Positions 60,647 to 64,000 of a stretch of DNA of 64,000 nt are shown piece after piece (position 1 is the first letter of the stretch; every line of letters begins with the position of its first letter). Both the position numbers and the translations under genes were made by a program. Source of the stretch: Desulfobacterales bacterium (GTDB lineage: Bacteria > Desulfobacterota > Desulfobacteria > Desulfobacterales > JALSRD01); contig JALSRD010000027.1 in NCBI GenBank assembly GCA_026984935.1, positions 7,161 through 71,160 on the forward strand, read 5' to 3'. The notes under the pieces were generated by a model. It searched no databases, was not told the origin of the DNA, and saw only the letters and a list, made by a program, of their open reading frames with translations.

Positions 60647-61093
60647 ATGGAATACATTAAAATCCGATTCGACAACGAGTTCAACAGGCTGGGCTCTAAC
60701 CTGGAGAAAACCATCGAAGACATCTTTGAATCTTCAAATCCCATTTTCAAACTCTCTGAACGGTCCTGGCATCCGCAGATGGACATTTATGAAACCCCGG
60801 ACGAGATTATCATCAAAGCGGAGATTGCCGGGGCCGATAAGGACAAACTGGAAGTGGAAGTAACCAGCAAGGCCGTTAAAATCTACGGTACGCGTTCCGA
60901 GGTGCCCCAGGTCCGGAATGCCACCTATCGGCTTGCGGAAATTCAATATGGCCGTTTTGAACGGGTTCTGTTTTTACCGGCGCCCATCGACACCGAAGTG
61001 GTTTCGACTTCCTACAAGAACGGATTTCTGATTATCCGCCTGGCCAAACTCGCCATGGACCGCACCCACTCCATCCCCATCGAAGACGGTTGA
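60647..61093 (+). CDS. Hsp20/alpha-crystallin small heat-shock protein
   Basis: 148 aa. WHPQMDIYETPDEIIIKAEIAGADKDKLEVEV...YGRFERVLFLPAPID...YKNGFLIIRL. Confidence 0.92.
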   Translation: MEYIKIRFDNEFNRLGSNLEKTIEDIFESSNPIFKLSERSWHPQMDIYETPDEIIIKAEIAGADKDKLEVEVTSKAVKIYGTRSEVPQVRNATYRLAEIQYGRFERVLFLPAPIDTEVVSTSYKNGFLIIRLAKLAMDRTHSIPIEDG

Positions 61094-61178
61094 TCACCAT
61101 GCAGCCAGAGCGTTTGCCGGATTTACCGGCCCCCCCAGACGACCGTTTTAAGATCAAACCAGACTTCCGGAGGAAATC

Positions 61179-63539
61179 ATGAGCGATACAACGCAAGCCA
61201 GCGCGGCCAGCACCGGGAACATTCCGGAGATTTTACCCATTCTGCCGCTTTTTGACACAGCCCTTTTCCCGCGCATGGTCCTGCCACTGGTGGTCATGCA
61301 GGCAGATTCCATTCAGCTGGTGGACGAAGCCATGTCCAAGGATCGCCTGGTGGGCATGCTGGTCGCCAAGAAAAGTGCCGGGGAAGATGCATCGGACAAC
61401 GCCGGCGAGTTGAAGAAACTGCATGAAATCGGCACATGTGCCCTGATTTTAAAAATGGCCAAGACCCAGGACAATCGTGCCCAGCTGCTGGTTCAGGGGT
61501 TGAGCCGTTTCCGCGTGAAAGAGTTCGTGGCGGAAAAACCCTACCCCCGGGCACGTGTCGCGGTGATTGAAGAAAAAGTGGACATGGACAAGGAGATCGA
61601 GGCGCTGGCAGCCAATATCGTCGCCCAGTTCAGCCGCATCGTCGAGCTTTCTCCGGGTCTGCCGCCGGAGGTGGCCGGTATGGCCAGGTCCATTCAGGAG
61701 CCGCACATGCTGGCGGATATGATCGCGTCCACCATCAATGTCTCCGTGGAGGAAAAGCAGGAGATCCTGGAAACCATTGACACCAAGGAGCGGCTGAAAC
61801 GCGTCACCCGCATGGTGGCCCACCAGCTCGATATCCTGGAGCTGGGCAACAAAATCCAGAGCCAGGTCAAGGGAGACATGGAAAAAGGGCAGCGGGAGTA
61901 CTACCTGCGCCAGCAGCTCAAGGCCATCAAGGAGGAATTGGGGGAAAAGGATGAAATGTCGGTGGAGGTGGAAGACTACCGCGCCAAGATCGAAAAGCTG
62001 GAGCTTCCCGAAGAAGCCCGCAAAGAGGCGGAAAGAGAGCTGAACCGGCTTGCGCGCATGCACCCTTCCTCCGCGGAATATACGGTGGTTTCGACTTATC
62101 TCGACTGGTTGACAACGTTGCCGTGGCACGAGAGCACCGAGGACAATCTCGATCTCAAAAAAGCGCGCAAGATTCTCGATGAAGACCATTTCGGGCTGGA
62201 TAAGGCCAAAAAACGAATCATCGAATATCTGGCGGTGCGTAAATTGAAGCCAGACTCCAAGGGCCCCATTCTCTGCTTTGCCGGGCCCCCCGGCACCGGC
62301 AAGACTTCGCTGGGGCTTTCCATTGCACGCGCCATGAGCCGCAAGTTTTACCGCCTGTCGCTGGGCGGTGTGCGCGACGAGGCCGAAATCCGGGGCCACC
62401 GGCGCACCTACGTGGGCGCCCTGCCCGGAAGGATTATCCAGGGGATTCGGCGGGCCGGGTCGAACAATCCGGTCTTCATGCTCGACGAGATCGACAAGGT
62501 CGGCAGCGATTTTCGGGGAGATCCGTCGGCCGCGCTGCTGGAAGTCCTCGACCCGGAGCAGAATTTTGCCTTTACCGACCACTACCTCGATGTGCCCTTC
62601 GACCTTTCCGGGGTTATGTTCATCACCACCGCCAATATTCTGGACACCATTCCACCGGCCCTGCGCGACCGCATGGAGGTGCTCGAACTGGTGGGTTACA
62701 CCGATGATGAAAAAGTCAAGATCGCCAACCGCTACCTGATTCCGCGGCAGCGCAAAGCGCACGGGCTCAAGGCCGAGCAGATTTCGTTTACACGCGGCGC
62801 CGTGCGGCACATCATTACCAGTTACACGCGTGAGGCGGGGCTGCGCAATCTGGAACGCGAAATCGCCACCATCTGCCGGGCCGTGGCGGCCAGTATCGTG
62901 CAGGAGGAGGCCAAAGCGGTGAGCGTCAAGGTGGTCAATATTTCCAAATACCTTGGCCCGGTACGCTTTATCAGCGAGGTCAAGGCGCGGCACCTGATCC
63001 CAGGTGTGGCCATGGGACTGGCGTGGACACCGGCGGGCGGGGAGCTGCTCTTCGTGGAGGCTACGGCCATGCGCGGCAAAAAAGGCCTGACGCTCACCGG
63101 ACAGCTGGGTGATGTCATGAAGGAATCCGCGACCACGGCCTTGAGCTTTGTACGCACCAATTCGCACGAGCTGAACATTCCCGAAGATTTTGTGGAAAAG
63201 CACGATATCCACATCCATGTCCCGGCGGGCGCCATTCCCAAAGACGGTCCTTCGGCCGGCGTGACCATGCTCACGGCGTTGGTATCGATGATGATCGACC
63301 GGGCCGTCCGCAAAGATCTGGCCATGACCGGAGAGATCACCCTGAGGGGCCAGGTGCTGCCCGTTGGCGGAATCAAGGAAAAGGTGCTGGCGGCCCACCG
63401 TGCGGGCATAAAAAGCCTGGTCCTTCCCAAGTGGAATGAAAAGGATCTGCAGGACGTCCCCCGCAAAGTGCAAAAATCCATCGCATTCCATTTTGTGGAC
63501 AAGATGAGGGAAGTACTTGAAATTGCCCTCCAGATCTAG
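61179..63539 (+). CDS. lon: ATP-dependent Lon protease
   Basis: 786 aa. LPILPLFDTALFPRMVLPLVV (LON N domain), Walker A GPPGTGKTS, and the protease motif PKDGPSAGVTM. Confidence 0.96.
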   Translation: MSDTTQASAASTGNIPEILPILPLFDTALFPRMVLPLVVMQADSIQLVDEAMSKDRLVGMLVAKKSAGEDASDNAGELKKLHEIGTCALILKMAKTQDNRAQLLVQGLSRFRVKEFVAEKPYPRARVAVIEEKVDMDKEIEALAANIVAQFSRIVELSPGLPPEVAGMARSIQEPHMLADMIASTINVSVEEKQEILETIDTKERLKRVTRMVAHQLDILELGNKIQSQVKGDMEKGQREYYLRQQLKAIKEELGEKDEMSVEVEDYRAKIEKLELPEEARKEAERELNRLARMHPSSAEYTVVSTYLDWLTTLPWHESTEDNLDLKKARKILDEDHFGLDKAKKRIIEYLAVRKLKPDSKGPILCFAGPPGTGKTSLGLSIARAMSRKFYRLSLGGVRDEAEIRGHRRTYVGALPGRIIQGIRRAGSNNPVFMLDEIDKVGSDFRGDPSAALLEVLDPEQNFAFTDHYLDVPFDLSGVMFITTANILDTIPPALRDRMEVLELVGYTDDEKVKIANRYLIPRQRKAHGLKAEQISFTRGAVRHIITSYTREAGLRNLEREIATICRAVAASIVQEEAKAVSVKVVNISKYLGPVRFISEVKARHLIPGVAMGLAWTPAGGELLFVEATAMRGKKGLTLTGQLGDVMKESATTALSFVRTNSHELNIPEDFVEKHDIHIHVPAGAIPKDGPSAGVTMLTALVSMMIDRAVRKDLAMTGEITLRGQVLPVGGIKEKVLAAHRAGIKSLVLPKWNEKDLQDVPRKVQKSIAFHFVDKMREVLEIALQI

Positions 63540-63559
63540 CCGCCGGCCGCCCGGGCCCA

Positions 63560-64000
63560 TGGCCGGTGGGAGCGTACTGCGCCGCGGGGTGGTCATGGGG
63601 GCCATCATGCTGATGTTTTACGGCTGCGGCAGGGTTTCCCCGCCGCCGCGCCCGGCCGGATATCCCAAGCCGTACAGGGTGATGGGCCGCTGGTACCAGC
63701 CCCTGCCGCATGCACGTGGTTACCGGCAGCGCGGCACGGCCTCCTGGTATGGCGACAAGTTCCACGGCCGGCGGACCTCCAGCGGTGAAATCTACAACAT
63801 GTATGCCATGACGGCGGCGCACAAAACCCTGCCTCTGGGAACCGTGGTGCGGGTGCGCAACCTGAACAACCGCCGCAGCGCAACGGTGCGTATCAACGAC
63901 CGCGGCCCTTTTGTGCGCAGCCGCATTATCGATCTGTCTTATGCCGCCGCCAAAAAACTCGGCATGCTGGGGCCGGGTACGGCAGAGGTCGAAATCGAGG
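63560..64000 (+). CDS. rlpA: septal ring lytic transglycosylase RlpA family lipoprotein; partial, runs off the window
   Basis: Absent from the ORF track because there is no stop in the window. The frame from ATG 63560 (or 63596) gives ...MLMFYGCG (lipobox), then GTASWYGDKFHGRRTSSGEIYNMYAMTAAHKTLPLGTVVRVRNLNNRRSATVRINDRGPF (DPBB domain). Confidence 0.85.

Noticed and set aside
61449-63608. A 719-aa minus-strand ORF antisense to lon
   Set aside because: This is the same antisense high-GC artefact. Lon on the plus strand has Walker A and protease catalytic motifs, whereas the antisense product has none.

Overview
High-GC chromosomal segment that looks like a sulfate-reducing Desulfobacterota genome. 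That assignment is an inference from dsrMKJOP, a complete methylmalonyl-CoA pathway cluster and a desulforedoxin-like gene. It is densely packed with core genes. In order: a partial PEP-synthase-like enzyme; a GAF-GAF-PAS sensor; a DUF748 giant envelope protein plus ybaK; a membrane cytochrome c / cytochrome P460 pair; fadL; DUF2065-queA-tgt; a NifU-like gene; an aminotransferase. Next comes the methylmalonyl-CoA block (epimerase, B12 mutase, MeaB, 12S carboxyltransferase, 5S-biotin subunit, sucCD). Then several transporters, ornithine cyclodeaminase and an MFP-RND-OMF efflux operon. On the minus strand there is a nitrogen-control cluster glnE / glnD-amt-glnK-glnA, followed by RsbRD_N-dsrMKJOP. 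The window ends with acnA, a small redox/stress neighbourhood (DUF3783, desulforedoxin-like, NUDIX, methyltransferase, ferritin-like), PilZ, MFS, two divergent hsp20 genes, lon and partial rlpA. By eye I found no rRNA, tRNA, CRISPR array, transposase, integrase or recognisable defence island, so I cannot honestly name a clear-cut novel multi-gene system. The most unusual items are: (1) an outer-membrane factor fused to a periplasmic-binding-protein-like domain in the RND operon; (2) a bipartite ~150-nt dispersed repeat present twice in inverted orientation; (3) a sigma-54 promoter with an enhancer-like repeat array in front of glnD; (4) a ~430-nt AT-rich, ORF-poor island with nested inverted repeats downstream of acnA; (5) a 33-bp perfect palindrome between the divergent hsp20 genes; (6) a sensor kinase-like protein that stops after its DHp/H-box with no ATPase domain. 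The many long ORFs antisense to real genes are treated as high-GC artefacts. All family assignments come from motif recognition by eye, not from database searches.
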